Shown in pieces: positions 45,201 through 53,699 of a DNA stretch of 62,655 nucleotides; the first letter of the stretch is position 1; the number at the start of each line of letters is the position of its first letter. The stretch is taken from the IMG/VR virus record IMGVR_UViG_3300034006_000003, positions 1-62,655 of that record; one strand, given 5' to 3'. The position numbers and the translations under genes are program-made. Source of the DNA: a virus. Lineage: Duplodnaviria > Caudoviricetes. The notes below the pieces were generated by a model that had not been told where the DNA came from, did no database searches, and was given only the letters and a program-made list of their open reading frames with translations.

Positions 45201-46030
45201 ACCTTGCCGATCAGACTGACAGCTTTGTCGTGACTAACGCGCATGCCATCACTTCTCAGGGGACGGCAGCAGGCATCGCCGGCCAAGGCACCTTCGCCAC
45301 GAAGAGCACCGCCGATCTCGAGAGCGAGATCACGAACAAAACGCGCATCTCGAGGCTGGGGCCGAACGGCCAGGCGCTCGGCACGTTCATCGACGTGACC
45401 GGCCGCTCATTCGCTCGCTTGACGCTGGCAGGCACGGCTCGAGACGGCGACAGCGTCTCGTTCGGCGGGGCCCTGCCTTCTGTCCCGAAGATCGTTTTCC
45501 TACCAGGTGGTAACGCGGCCACGGCCGGCCGAAACATCAAGATCCAGGCGGAAGGTCTCTCGGTCACCGGCTTCACGATGCGGGCGAAAGAGCAGGCGGT
45601 CGTCCCCGGCTCGACCATCACGGACGGCTCGCCTTATGCCGGCGGCGCCGGAAACCCGACGACGGTCATCAACCGGAGCAATTCGGGCGCGCCTTTCGAC
45701 AACACCTTCCGCTTCAACATCTCGTTCAACGTGGGGAACATCGCTCCCGGCGAGCCGGGCAACGTCGAAGTCATCCTCTACATGAAGCGCGGCGGCACAT
45801 GGGTCGCGGTCCAGTCGGACTCGTCGAACGGCACCGCGAACCATACCATCAATGTCAGCGGTCCAGCGGACGGCAGCGGCGCGGTCTTCGGCATGTCGAT
45901 CGCCAGCGCGCAGGGTGCCGGCTCGACCGCCAGTCTGACGTCGGTTTCCTACACGCTCGGCTCAGTGAGCGAGACCAGCCTGACGCCGGTCGGCGCATCG
46001 GATATTCCCTATCTGGTGCTGCTCCAATAA
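42293..46030 (+). CDS. Tail tip/central fibre protein with modular C-terminus
   Basis: GFGVCKNIEPV baseplate-like N-terminus; repeated TAxxIAGQG motifs; 1245 aa. Confidence 0.8.
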   Translation: MKTLLIQVRPLDPITGNRVDVYLGTGPYSPAFGAGGITWEAAVTRRPTIMMDLMSPDMDGSVQQARASLGLNLSKVRNVPNVLRFVWAGAPIIIYVADRIRTFPVEFVGVVRQGQLDIFTQGVSLDCIVDRSRLERPLLTGEFTGGGGMGGDPAKKGTLYPSGFGVCKNIEPVWFEESRNIGMLDGYGRLTSVQSVFEGGNDMGPSVGDYATYALLAAALDNKTIPDGRWGTCIAQGIIGMGAPPAGRVTVHATFLGPTTNFNRLPGSTIYYALGRAGIPDADIDITSLVSLNNWAIADLPNDGYVHYWTKDQRTVLDFCQALAASCNASLLILPSGKIAVTRIFGGTSMGTVDRGRTSNPAYTDWRLADPIEPVWRMRARVARPGVVLSYDEVNYEDDLEDRGIYKTTETYRQGHLVWHASGAQFLYINAVPAAGQALPTPTYPPAAPAANAYWQQTKPPSSAADLVYSDGTSIEALKPQEAGSNKTETRTALAIAGQGTGATANNLGQLNATEGTKFGSIAFGATLGDNFFNNGSLINGLAPWTGGVRSAGGAGDPVPFYVTLGAGASISYPVNAAPPVGNLFFSAFVFQPVAGQQMQFGLQWQNSAGVQIALSVHNVYPVAGWSFVEYPVVKPADAVTFSAYVLIAAANGRVGGLRFSSSQAGATFGADINNVNLFDSFDGTFLTRTLVRTPLGTAAAIAGQGTGATANSLAQMNSSEGTKFAGISPGAGKTLNLFTRGGVVGTMSYDGNNITRATGGPGWNISGMAEENYGRGAIVGGNLGLLTVMGLCDNPDVRLVVGEEFRDVDYYWHRDGAGNYVTSLGGSSEINHGQLVQGGRCYVHYDDAEVHFVQQNTIIRSVPTTPNRRFWPMVCIFNNGGTVTNLQFAPGVARSDLATNIIDSASGVYSFVPRGEIRTPLGTALGIAGQGALATLNALGFGSGYLTGFGSLAGRNKINLGVPGDGTAYLADQTDSFVVTNAHAITSQGTAAGIAGQGTFATKSTADLESEITNKTRISRLGPNGQALGTFIDVTGRSFARLTLAGTARDGDSVSFGGALPSVPKIVFLPGGNAATAGRNIKIQAEGLSVTGFTMRAKEQAVVPGSTITDGSPYAGGAGNPTTVINRSNSGAPFDNTFRFNISFNVGNIAPGEPGNVEVILYMKRGGTWVAVQSDSSNGTANHTINVSGPADGSGAVFGMSIASAQGAGSTASLTSVSYTLGSVSETSLTPVGASDIPYLVLLQ

Positions 46031-46039
46031 GGTGCGGCC

Positions 46040-46303
46040 ATGCCGCAGCCCGACGACCAGCCGCAGGACCCGACGCCGCCGACGAGGCACAATCTCCACA
46101 AGGGGACGAAGGCCGAGCGCGATCAGCACAAGAAGGTGCCTTCACCGCCTGGTGCTGATACAGAGCTCTATGAGTGCCCCGGATGCGGGACACCGCGGCC
46201 GGCGTTCTGCATCAGCCGAGTGAAGGGCAACCAATGGCTCGGCGACTGCTGCATCTCCGAGAAGCGGCGGAACGGCAAGGGCCATGAAGTCGACGACGAC
46301 TAG
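46040..46303 (+). CDS. Small Cys-rich protein
   Basis: CPGC...C...CC. Confidence 0.55.
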   Translation: MPQPDDQPQDPTPPTRHNLHKGTKAERDQHKKVPSPPGADTELYECPGCGTPRPAFCISRVKGNQWLGDCCISEKRRNGKGHEVDDD

Positions 46304-46313
46304 GAGTAGGTAG

Positions 46314-46778
46314 ATGGACACATTCGACAGCGCCGGCGCCGCCATTGACGCCATCGTCCAGTTCGATCGCGAGAAGTTCGCGGACCTTCCGGAGCATACC
46401 CAGAAGGAACTCACCCGCCTTGCCGGCGTCGGCATCTCGCCCGTCGACCGGATCGTCCGGACCGCCGAAGCGCTCTATGCCGAGCGCTCGAGCCTTACGC
46501 GCAAGTCCGACAAGCTTCTCGTCGCCCAGCTGGTCCAGTTCGCAGGATTGAACGGCTGGCACGGGCTCAATGAGAACGGCCGCGCTCAGAAGATTGAGAA
46601 GACGATGCGGAAGGCGGCCGGGGAGTCCGTGACTATCGCCGACGCCGACGTCCCAGAGCCGAAGCCGGAATTCGTCGCGCCTCCGACGGACACGCCGACA
46701 CCGAGCGCGCTTGCCGCTCCAGCCGGCACCGCTCCAGCCGCCACGCCTAAGCGCTCGAGCGCCAAGAAGCGGACCTAA
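46314..46778 (+). CDS. Hypothetical protein
   Basis: AGGAG RBS. Confidence 0.7.
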   Translation: MDTFDSAGAAIDAIVQFDREKFADLPEHTQKELTRLAGVGISPVDRIVRTAEALYAERSSLTRKSDKLLVAQLVQFAGLNGWHGLNENGRAQKIEKTMRKAAGESVTIADADVPEPKPEFVAPPTDTPTPSALAAPAGTAPAATPKRSSAKKRT

Positions 46779-47159
46779 ATGCCCGCAACGCCCGCCTGGA
46801 TCGGAGAATTCACGGTCGACGGTGTCGTGCTGAGCCGCGTCGACACGGCCATTCGCGCAGCGGATCCGGCGGCGGTGGATCTCGGCGACCGCGAGATTGA
46901 GATGTTCTTCGACTTCGCGGCCGACGGCGACATCGTCCTCGATGAGCGGTGGAATCTTCAGAAGCAGCGCGGCCGGTTTCACGAAGCGGTCGAATTCGAG
47001 ATCGGCGCGCTGCCTCTCGGCACGTTCGTCGCGCTCACGCCGGCGCTGCCGACGATCAACGTGACCGACCGAGCGCGAAGCATCAGCGTCGTTCCGCGCA
47101 CCCGTGCCTATGTGAACGACTATCAGACCGAGCGGTCGAGCATCGAACTGTTAGCCTGA
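46779..47159 (+). CDS. Putative minor tail protein
   Basis: Tail operon context. Confidence 0.55.
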   Translation: MPATPAWIGEFTVDGVVLSRVDTAIRAADPAAVDLGDREIEMFFDFAADGDIVLDERWNLQKQRGRFHEAVEFEIGALPLGTFVALTPALPTINVTDRARSISVVPRTRAYVNDYQTERSSIELLA

Positions 47160-47203
47160 GCCGAGTTCGGTTATAGGCTGGGGCTCGCCTCTCGGAGAGC
47201 CTG

Positions 47204-48286
47204 ATGGTCGCGCAGCTGACAGTGAATTCGGTGACATCGACGACCGCCACGCTCGGCATCACGGGCATTCCGGCTGGCGGCAGCGCGGAAGTCGAGATCT
47301 CCGACAATCCGCGCTTCGCCGGCATCGTCACTCGCCAGAACTATACGACGTCGCCGCAGACGGTGAGCGGTCTGAACCAGGGCGGCACCTATTTCGCCCG
47401 CGCGGTGGGGAAGAGCTCGGGCGGTGTCTATGAGGAATACGGGGCGACGGTCTCGTTCTATAACCCCATCACGACGACGCCGAACACCGCAACTGCCGCG
47501 ATCATGGTCACGCCGGCGATAATCGTCCCGCCCGAGCCCATAATGACGGTCGTATCGGCTGGTGCGCTCGCCGGCTATCCTGCCACCAATCTTCTTCGCG
47601 ACGATCCGAACATGCAACTGGTCGGGACATCGGGGAGCATCACGTTCCAGCACTCGGGTGCGCCAATCGACACGGTCGCCCTGCTCGGCACCGCCTATGA
47701 TGAGACGGCCGCCTGGTCGATCCATGGTGGAGCGACGCAGGCCGCAGCTGAAGGCGGCGCTCCAGCCTTCACGCTCGCCAGCAGTCAGTTCCGAGCGTCG
47801 GCCAATCTCAATGGCAACCGGCAGGCTGGCTTCCATGGGCTGGCGCGCTTCGCGACACCGCAGTCCTATCCCTGGTGGAACATCCGCTTCACGGGCGGCT
47901 CGCAGCAGGGACAGTTCCTCTCGACCTACCTCGTCGCAGGCCTCGCGCGCACCGCGAAGAACATCTCGGCCGATAAAGTCGAGCAGCCACTTGATCTAGG
48001 TGGTATAGACCGCGTTCGGGATGGCACGGCGGACCGAGTCTATGGTCACAGAATGCGCCGTGTCGATTTCGAGATTTCCCTGCTGACCGAAATGCAATGG
48101 GAAACGCAATATGGCGATTTATGGCGGAAAATAGGGCTGAACGAGCCGGTGCTGGTCGTCCCGAACAGCAAGTCGGGAGCGTTTTTGCACGACCGAATCC
48201 TGTATGGGACGGTCGCGCAGTCTCGAGCGACGAATGTTATGGCGCCGCGGACGACGCACGGCTTTTCAGTGGAGTCTCTGATATGA
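47204..48286 (+). CDS. Putative tail protein (FN3-like N-terminus)
   Basis: TVSGLNQGGTYFARA FN3 pattern; YPATNLL; ILYG C-terminus. Confidence 0.65.
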   Translation: MVAQLTVNSVTSTTATLGITGIPAGGSAEVEISDNPRFAGIVTRQNYTTSPQTVSGLNQGGTYFARAVGKSSGGVYEEYGATVSFYNPITTTPNTATAAIMVTPAIIVPPEPIMTVVSAGALAGYPATNLLRDDPNMQLVGTSGSITFQHSGAPIDTVALLGTAYDETAAWSIHGGATQAAAEGGAPAFTLASSQFRASANLNGNRQAGFHGLARFATPQSYPWWNIRFTGGSQQGQFLSTYLVAGLARTAKNISADKVEQPLDLGGIDRVRDGTADRVYGHRMRRVDFEISLLTEMQWETQYGDLWRKIGLNEPVLVVPNSKSGAFLHDRILYGTVAQSRATNVMAPRTTHGFSVESLI

Positions 48287-48885
48287 GCAGCAAGCACGTC
48301 CGGATCTGGGTCATCTCGCTCGCCGCGGTGGCGCTCATCTTCGGGATCTGGAAGTTCTTCGTCGACGCTACTCCCTACAGCGCGCTCAATGGCATCGCGC
48401 GGGCTCATTCCTTCCCCCCGTCCTTCGACGAGCACCGCTGGGTCTATGCGCTGGCGCTGGCTGGCCTGCTCGCCATCTCGAGCCTCGCGACGAACGTGCT
48501 CATCGAGGACGTCCGCTTCCTGAAGTCGTTCGCCAGCAAGTGGAAAGAGCCGGCCAAGCTGGCGACGATGACCGAGACGGCTTTCCTGCTCACAATCGTC
48601 ATGGGCTTCGTGCCGGACACCATAATCCTGCTCGGCTGGGGAGATCCTGGTGCACCGTCGGCGGCGACGATGACCGACATCGACCGCTTCTTCGACTTCT
48701 TCTGCATCGTGCCGTTCATCGTCGGCTGGCTGCTCAGAGCTAGGACGAAGCGGGTCGTCCAGCACCAGCTTCTGCGCTACCCAATCCCCACAAGTTTGAC
48801 CCCTAGCTGGGTGTTATTGCGGCCTAAATTGTTTATGCTGCTTCTGGTCGTGGCCGTTTCGTTCGGAGTAGCACTTGGCAAATGA
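48283..48885 (+). CDS. Multi-pass membrane protein (lysis cassette)
   Basis: About 5 hydrophobic helices; ATGA coupling. Confidence 0.7.
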   Translation: MSSKHVRIWVISLAAVALIFGIWKFFVDATPYSALNGIARAHSFPPSFDEHRWVYALALAGLLAISSLATNVLIEDVRFLKSFASKWKEPAKLATMTETAFLLTIVMGFVPDTIILLGWGDPGAPSAATMTDIDRFFDFFCIVPFIVGWLLRARTKRVVQHQLLRYPIPTSLTPSWVLLRPKLFMLLLVVAVSFGVALGK

Positions 48886-49265
48886 GCAGACAGGCGATCG
48901 TGGCGGCGGCCGGACCTTCCTTCGGTCCCGCGATCGTCACCCTCTTCGGAGTCGACATCCCGATCTTCGCGCTGGCGCTTAGCGTCGCCGCATTGATCCT
49001 CGCGCGCCAGATCGCGAAGCCGCCAGAGCGCAAGCTTACGGCGCGGCAGGAGTTTTCCCTGACTGTCGTCCTCATCATCGTTCTCTTCCTCGTCGTGACC
49101 GGCCAGCTGTTCGGAACGAAGATGCTCGGCGCCGGCTGGGCGGTCGTCTGGGCCATCGGTCTCGGCATGACGGGCATCCTCATCCTCGAGATCTTTGCCG
49201 ACTATGTGACGGGCTTCGTCCGCCGCTTCCTGGAGCTCTTCAAGTTCCAGCCGCCGAAGGAATAG
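48882..49265 (+). CDS. Holin-like membrane protein
   Basis: About 3 TM helices, charged C-terminus, upstream of the endolysin. Confidence 0.6.
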   Translation: MSRQAIVAAAGPSFGPAIVTLFGVDIPIFALALSVAALILARQIAKPPERKLTARQEFSLTVVLIIVLFLVVTGQLFGTKMLGAGWAVVWAIGLGMTGILILEIFADYVTGFVRRFLELFKFQPPKE

Positions 49266-49287
49266 CCGAGCGGCCGCCTCCCGTGGT

Positions 49288-49872
49288 ATGAGCAGGCCCG
49301 AAAGGGGTCCGCCAATGCTTCAGCATGAAAAGCTATGGACGATGCTCATTCTCGTCCTCGCCGTCGTTTTCCTCGCTTACGCGCCTGTCTTCGCGCCTTC
49401 CGCCTTCTATGTCGCCGGCAAGAACGGCGTCCTCGAGGCTACCGGCGCGCTCCGGATCCTAGACGTCGCGGTCGGCGGTCTCATCGTGGCGCTCGGTCAC
49501 CAGGCGGCCGGCACAAGGTCGTCGACCGAGCAGGGCGCGGTGAGTGCGCTGGCGGACAGCACACCGAGCGCCCATTTCGCCGCGCTGGTGGCAGGCTCGC
49601 CGAAGCCTGCGGAAGTGAAGCAGGCTGTCGAGCAGGGCGCGGAAGACGGGACGAGGCAAGGCGTCGAAAGTGCCCTCAATGATGGGACTATAGCGGCTGG
49701 TCGGCAGGCGATGGACCAGTCTCGAGAGCAGTTCGGTCCAGCCGCACAGGAACTCTTCTATCAGGACCGGCGGTCCGTCTCGGAACTGATAGGAAAAGAG
49801 CCCCAGCCTTCGTCGCGCAAGGGCGCGCTGGAAACGACAGCCGCAGAAACTCCGGAGTGGACCGATGAATAG
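49288..49872 (+). CDS. Membrane protein (possible holin/antiholin)
   Basis: Two N-terminal hydrophobic segments; alternative start at 49315. Confidence 0.55.
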   Translation: MSRPERGPPMLQHEKLWTMLILVLAVVFLAYAPVFAPSAFYVAGKNGVLEATGALRILDVAVGGLIVALGHQAAGTRSSTEQGAVSALADSTPSAHFAALVAGSPKPAEVKQAVEQGAEDGTRQGVESALNDGTIAAGRQAMDQSREQFGPAAQELFYQDRRSVSELIGKEPQPSSRKGALETTAAETPEWTDE

Positions 49873-50575
49873 CTGGCTGGCCGCGTATCAGCGCCGCGGC
49901 AAAGCGCTGGGCTTCTATGACGGGCTGATCGACGGGGAATATGGTCCTGCGTCGGAGCGGATGTTCAGCGCTGTCTTCGCGGTCGCCGAGAAGGCGAAGG
50001 GCATCCGGCCGCCGCTCTTCCCGCAGCTGGATCCGAAATATCGGTTTCTTCTGGATCTCACGCCGCTGCCGCTCATCGTTCACGAAGGGCTGAAGCTGCT
50101 CGGCACGATTGAGACGCCTGGGCCCGGCAACTCGCCGGTCATCATGGGCTGGAAGAACGAACTGCTCGCCGCCGGCCGGGACGACGTCAAAGGCTTCACG
50201 GCCGACAGCATCCCGCATTGCGGTCTCGGCATCGCCATCATGGCCTTCCGGGCTGGGAAGGACATCTCGCCGGTCCCGAACGTGCTATGGGCTCGAGACT
50301 GGCTGAAGTTCGGCGTTCCCGTCGACGAGCCGATGCTGGGCGACATCGCGGTCTGGCCGCGCGGATCGGGCGGACACGTCAACATGGTCATCGCGCTCGA
50401 CCCAGCTGGCTATGTTCACGGACTTGGCGCCAACCAGAGCGATGCGGTCAACATCATGCGGAAGCATCGGGACCAGGCGCTCGGCTTCCGCCGGCCGGCC
50501 TACCGCAACATGCCCGCGACGGTGCGCCAGTATATCGTCCAGCCGAACGGCCAGATTTCGACGAGGGAAGCATGA
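49865..50575 (+). CDS. Endolysin, TIGR02594/CHAP-like with an N-terminal peptidoglycan-binding motif
   Basis: GFYDGLIDGEYG; ETPGPGNSPVIMGW, IPHCG, GGHV, LGANQSDAV. Confidence 0.85.
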   Translation: MNSWLAAYQRRGKALGFYDGLIDGEYGPASERMFSAVFAVAEKAKGIRPPLFPQLDPKYRFLLDLTPLPLIVHEGLKLLGTIETPGPGNSPVIMGWKNELLAAGRDDVKGFTADSIPHCGLGIAIMAFRAGKDISPVPNVLWARDWLKFGVPVDEPMLGDIAVWPRGSGGHVNMVIALDPAGYVHGLGANQSDAVNIMRKHRDQALGFRRPAYRNMPATVRQYIVQPNGQISTREA

Positions 50576-50817
50576 AGACGCTGGAATTGAAGCTTCCCCT
50601 CACACCAGAGCAGGAAGTGCTCTGGAACGATCTGGAGCGCGAGCAGCGGCTTTACATGGCTCTGGTCTCTCCGCTCGCTCCGGACCGGCTGGACCGCGAG
50701 TTCATCGACCGCCAGCGCGAGCGCGAATTGGTGAGCCTCGAGCAGAACCTTTGCCGCATCCGCATCGCCCATCTCGAGACCCAGTTGCTTTCCCTAGAAC
50801 ACCAGAAGGAGTCCTGA
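50572..50817 (+). CDS. Hypothetical coiled-coil protein
   Basis: ATGA coupling. Confidence 0.55.
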   Translation: MKTLELKLPLTPEQEVLWNDLEREQRLYMALVSPLAPDRLDREFIDRQRERELVSLEQNLCRIRIAHLETQLLSLEHQKES

Positions 50818-50820
50818 TCT

Positions 50821-51231
50821 ATGCGCCGTCTCTCTCTCATCGCCGCAGCTGCCTCGCTCCTGATGGTGGCTTGCACTCCCGCCCAGGTCCGTCCGGATCC
50901 GTTGCCGAATCCAGCGACGCCGGTCGTCCAGAAGCCGAAGGTCGACGTCGACGCCGTCGAGGACCGCGTCATCCTCGAAGCCTCGAAGGCTCTGACGCTG
51001 GCCGCGATCACCTATGAGGGGATGATCTACCTGCTCAATCCCATCGTCGACGCCGGCGCGATCAAAGGCAACACGGCCGCCACGGTCCAGACGGCGAACA
51101 AGATCATCCTCGAAGCGCTCGAAAGGGGCTATAAGGCGACATCAGCGGCCGATAAGGCGCGATACGCCGCGACGGCGATGCGCTGGATCGACCGGGTGAA
51201 GGAACTGGCTGGCATCGCCACGCCGCATTGA
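50821..51231 (+). CDS. Lipoprotein, possible spanin component
   Basis: Signal peptide with lipobox LLMVAC; Pro-rich after the Cys. Confidence 0.65.
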   Translation: MRRLSLIAAAASLLMVACTPAQVRPDPLPNPATPVVQKPKVDVDAVEDRVILEASKALTLAAITYEGMIYLLNPIVDAGAIKGNTAATVQTANKIILEALERGYKATSAADKARYAATAMRWIDRVKELAGIATPH

Positions 51232-51243
51232 GGGGACGGGACC

Positions 51244-51504
51244 GTGAACATCATCAAGAAGCTTTCCGACGTCGGCACATTCGAGCAGCTGGGAAGGCTG
51301 TCCGCTTTCGAGCGCCTGAAGAGCCTCGCCGAAGCCGGCGCCGACATCTTCGAGCGGATCGAACGCGCTCGGCAGGAAGTGGGGGACACCCTGTCGGCCG
51401 ACGAGATCGAGGAAATCCGGCCGCTGATGGACCGGATCGTTCCTCGCGCTATTGCGGCTGGCCGAGATCTTGACGCCAAGCTGGAGCGCGCGAAGAACAG
51501 TTAG
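51244..51504 (+). CDS. Hypothetical protein
   Basis: GAGGGG RBS; last gene before the terminator. Confidence 0.65.
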   Translation: MNIIKKLSDVGTFEQLGRLSAFERLKSLAEAGADIFERIERARQEVGDTLSADEIEEIRPLMDRIVPRAIAAGRDLDAKLERAKNS

Positions 51505-51542
51505 CGGCTGGTCGGCCCTGAACAGCGGCCAGTCGTGTAAGA

Positions 51543-51586
51543 GAAGAGGCGGGGAAGGACAGCCCTCCCCGCCTCTTCTTTTGTTT
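51543..51586 (+). terminator. Intrinsic terminator ending the late operon
   Basis: GAAGAGGCGGGGA...TCCCCGCCTCTTC then TTTTGTTT. Confidence 0.8.
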
Positions 51587-51601
51587 CAGAGCTGCTACGG
51601 A

Positions 51602-51763
51602 TCAGCGGCAGGGCTGTCCGTCCGCCCGCGGGCATTCGTCGACATCGTTGGCCGTCTCATTCGCAGGCGGCACGTTCACGACGACGTCGTCATTCTTCGG
51701 GCTGTCGCAAGCCGAGATGCCGGCGACGATCGCCAGGGCGGCGAGAGCAGAAAGAGCCTTCAT
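51602..51763 (-). CDS. Small lipoprotein (53 aa)
   Basis: Manual: MKALSALAALAIVAGISAC-DSPKNDD...CPRADGQPCR; AAGGGG RBS; below the ORF-track cutoff. Confidence 0.7.
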   Translation of the reverse strand: MKALSALAALAIVAGISACDSPKNDDVVVNVPPANETANDVDECPRADGQPCR

Positions 51764-51901
51764 GGTCATTCCCCTTGGTTGAAGCCGACGAGGCGGCCGC
51801 AGCCTTATACGCCGCTGGGCCTGGAATCAGAAACGCCGCCGAAGTTTCCTCCGACGGCGCTTCCTTTTAGGAGCAAGGGGCCAACCCAGTCCCGACCCGG
51901 A

Positions 51902-52087
51902 CTATATGTCAGAGGACGGCGGCGGTGGCAACATGCGCCCGCTGCGGTCCGAGCGGATGCCGCCTTTCCGCCACGTCACGCGGTATCGCCGGCGCCGCCA
52001 TCGCCACCATGCCGGCGGACCATGGATGACCAGCGCCAGCGCCAGCAGCAGGGCCCAGTAGAATAGTAAGCGCTCTGCGTTGCTCAT
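51902..52087 (-). CDS. Small membrane protein
   Basis: ATG 52087, hydrophobic helix then Arg/Trp-rich segment. Confidence 0.5.
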   Translation of the reverse strand: MSNAERLLFYWALLLALALVIHGPPAWWRWRRRRYRVTWRKGGIRSDRSGRMLPPPPSSDI

Positions 52088-52407
52088 TCGACCAGCCCCA
52101 GCCGCACCGCGTCCGCATAGGACCAGACGATCCAGTCGGGACCCGTGCTGAAGACGCCGGCTGGAGCCGCGCCAGCCCGATAGCTGTAGGACATCATAAT
52201 CGGCCGCGTGATGTCGAACGGCTCGAAGAAGTCCGGCGACACTTCGGCATGGCGCGCGCGGACGAAGTCCTTCTTCTCGGCCCAGGCGGCTCGAGCGGCT
52301 TGCTCCAACTGCCGCTCGAGATTGTCGAATGCGACCCGGCTGGCCTCGTTCACCAGGTCCGGCGGCTGGTCCATGTCGGGGAAGAGATAGGGATAGGGGC
52401 CGCTCAT
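52084..52407 (-). CDS. Hypothetical protein
   Basis: ATGA coupling. Confidence 0.55.
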   Translation of the reverse strand: MSGPYPYLFPDMDQPPDLVNEASRVAFDNLERQLEQAARAAWAEKKDFVRARHAEVSPDFFEPFDITRPIMMSYSYRAGAAPAGVFSTGPDWIVWSYADAVRLGLVE

Positions 52408-52670
52408 CGTTGCACCACGTTCTGGCAGGGGCATAGGTCGTCACTCCCCATGCAGCCGCATCGCGCGCCTTGCTCGCGCTGCTGCTGAGACGTCGGGATG
52501 CCAGGGTGCGGAGGGTCCATCTCGGCCAGAGCGACGGCGAGCGCGTCCGCCTCGCGCTGGTGCTTCCTGCCGACGTCACGGCTCAGACCGGACGTCCGCG
52601 GCGCGTCGGCCAGAACTCGCTTGACCGCCAGCATCCGCCGCAGGACGGCGATAGCCTCGTCGCGCGTCAT
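52404..52670 (-). CDS. Hypothetical protein with a Cys cluster
   Basis: CGC...CPC; ATGA coupling. Confidence 0.6.
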   Translation of the reverse strand: MTRDEAIAVLRRMLAVKRVLADAPRTSGLSRDVGRKHQREADALAVALAEMDPPHPGIPTSQQQREQGARCGCMGSDDLCPCQNVVQR

Positions 52671-52762
52671 GTCAGCGCCCTCGACAGAATCCAGATTATC
52701 AGCAGCGCCGTCGGCAGCAGCAGCACATACCAGCCGCAGGCGTCTTCGAGCAGTTCCTTCAT
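52667..52762 (-). CDS. Micro membrane peptide (31 aa)
   Basis: Manual: MKELLEDACGWYVLLLPTALLIIWILSRALT; fills the gap with ATGA coupling. Confidence 0.45.
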   Translation of the reverse strand: MKELLEDACGWYVLLLPTALLIIWILSRALT

Positions 52763-52763
52763 C

Positions 52764-53699
52764 TCACTTCCCTTTCAATTCGACGAACCGCGCCTCGCGC
52801 ATCAGCCCGCCTTTGGTTTCACCAGCGAATTCGATGACCGCCATGGCATTCATCCCGAGATGCGACGCGGTCGGCTCCAGAACGAAGGACCGCCGCTGCT
52901 GCTCCGTAAAGCCGACGCCGATCTTCTGGGTTCTCCCGTTGTAGGTGACCAGGAGATGCCGCATCGACTTCCCGTCCGAGCTCCGTCCGACGTCGACGAT
53001 CCGGCACTCGGCTCGGAACAACTGCTTCAGCTTCCACCAGTCGTCGGTCGACCGGCCGCGGGTATAGGGACGGTCCCCTCTCTTCACGAGCAGGCCCTCG
53101 AAGCCCAGCCGCCAGACGTCCCTCGCCTTTTCCAGCGTGTCGCGGCCGTTAAGCCGGAACGGCTGGAACGCGCCGAGGCTGTCGTCCATCTCTAGGATCC
53201 GGCGACCCTTCTCCAGCAGCAGTTCGCGCCGACGGACCAGCGGCGCCGTGAGGCTCGCTTTCGACCATTGCTCCAGCGGCACGGCATCGAACAGCCAGAC
53301 CCGGCCCGTCCCCTTCCCGCGCTTGAAGTCGGCGTTCGCCGCATCGAGCCCGTCGTCGTGGATATACTCCCCGTCGAAGAACATCGGCTTGCCGAACTGC
53401 CGCTCCAGTTCCAGCAGCGCCGGCCGGACGTGGCTCGCAGCTGAAAAGGGAGTCCCCTCGCGGGTGACTTGCTGGCCGCCGATCCAGAGATGCCGGATGC
53501 CGTCGCCTTTGATGTCGACGAGAGCGTCCGCTGGATGATCGTCCGGGCACCATCGCTCATTCGATGCCAGCTGACAGAGTTCGGGCGCCGCGCCAGCGCC
53601 AGGGATGACCGCAGGCTTGAAGAACACGTCGTCCGGCTGGTGCGGCTTGACCCGCAGGCGACCGAACAGCGTCCCGAAGTCAGGAAGGAGTCTGGGCAT
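52764..53699 (-). CDS. Minimal ATP-dependent DNA ligase
   Basis: KGDGIR (motif I), FFDGEY, LFDAV, FEGLLVK, WWKLK, C-terminal OB domain. Confidence 0.9.
   Translation of the reverse strand: MPRLLPDFGTLFGRLRVKPHQPDDVFFKPAVIPGAGAAPELCQLASNERWCPDDHPADALVDIKGDGIRHLWIGGQQVTREGTPFSAASHVRPALLELERQFGKPMFFDGEYIHDDGLDAANADFKRGKGTGRVWLFDAVPLEQWSKASLTAPLVRRRELLLEKGRRILEMDDSLGAFQPFRLNGRDTLEKARDVWRLGFEGLLVKRGDRPYTRGRSTDDWWKLKQLFRAECRIVDVGRSSDGKSMRHLLVTYNGRTQKIGVGFTEQQRRSFVLEPTASHLGMNAMAVIEFAGETKGGLMREARFVELKGK

Noticed and set aside
43760-45300. Diversity-generating retroelement or invertible tail cassette
   Set aside because: No reverse transcriptase or invertase; repeats are direct and differ at synonymous sites, not only at adenines
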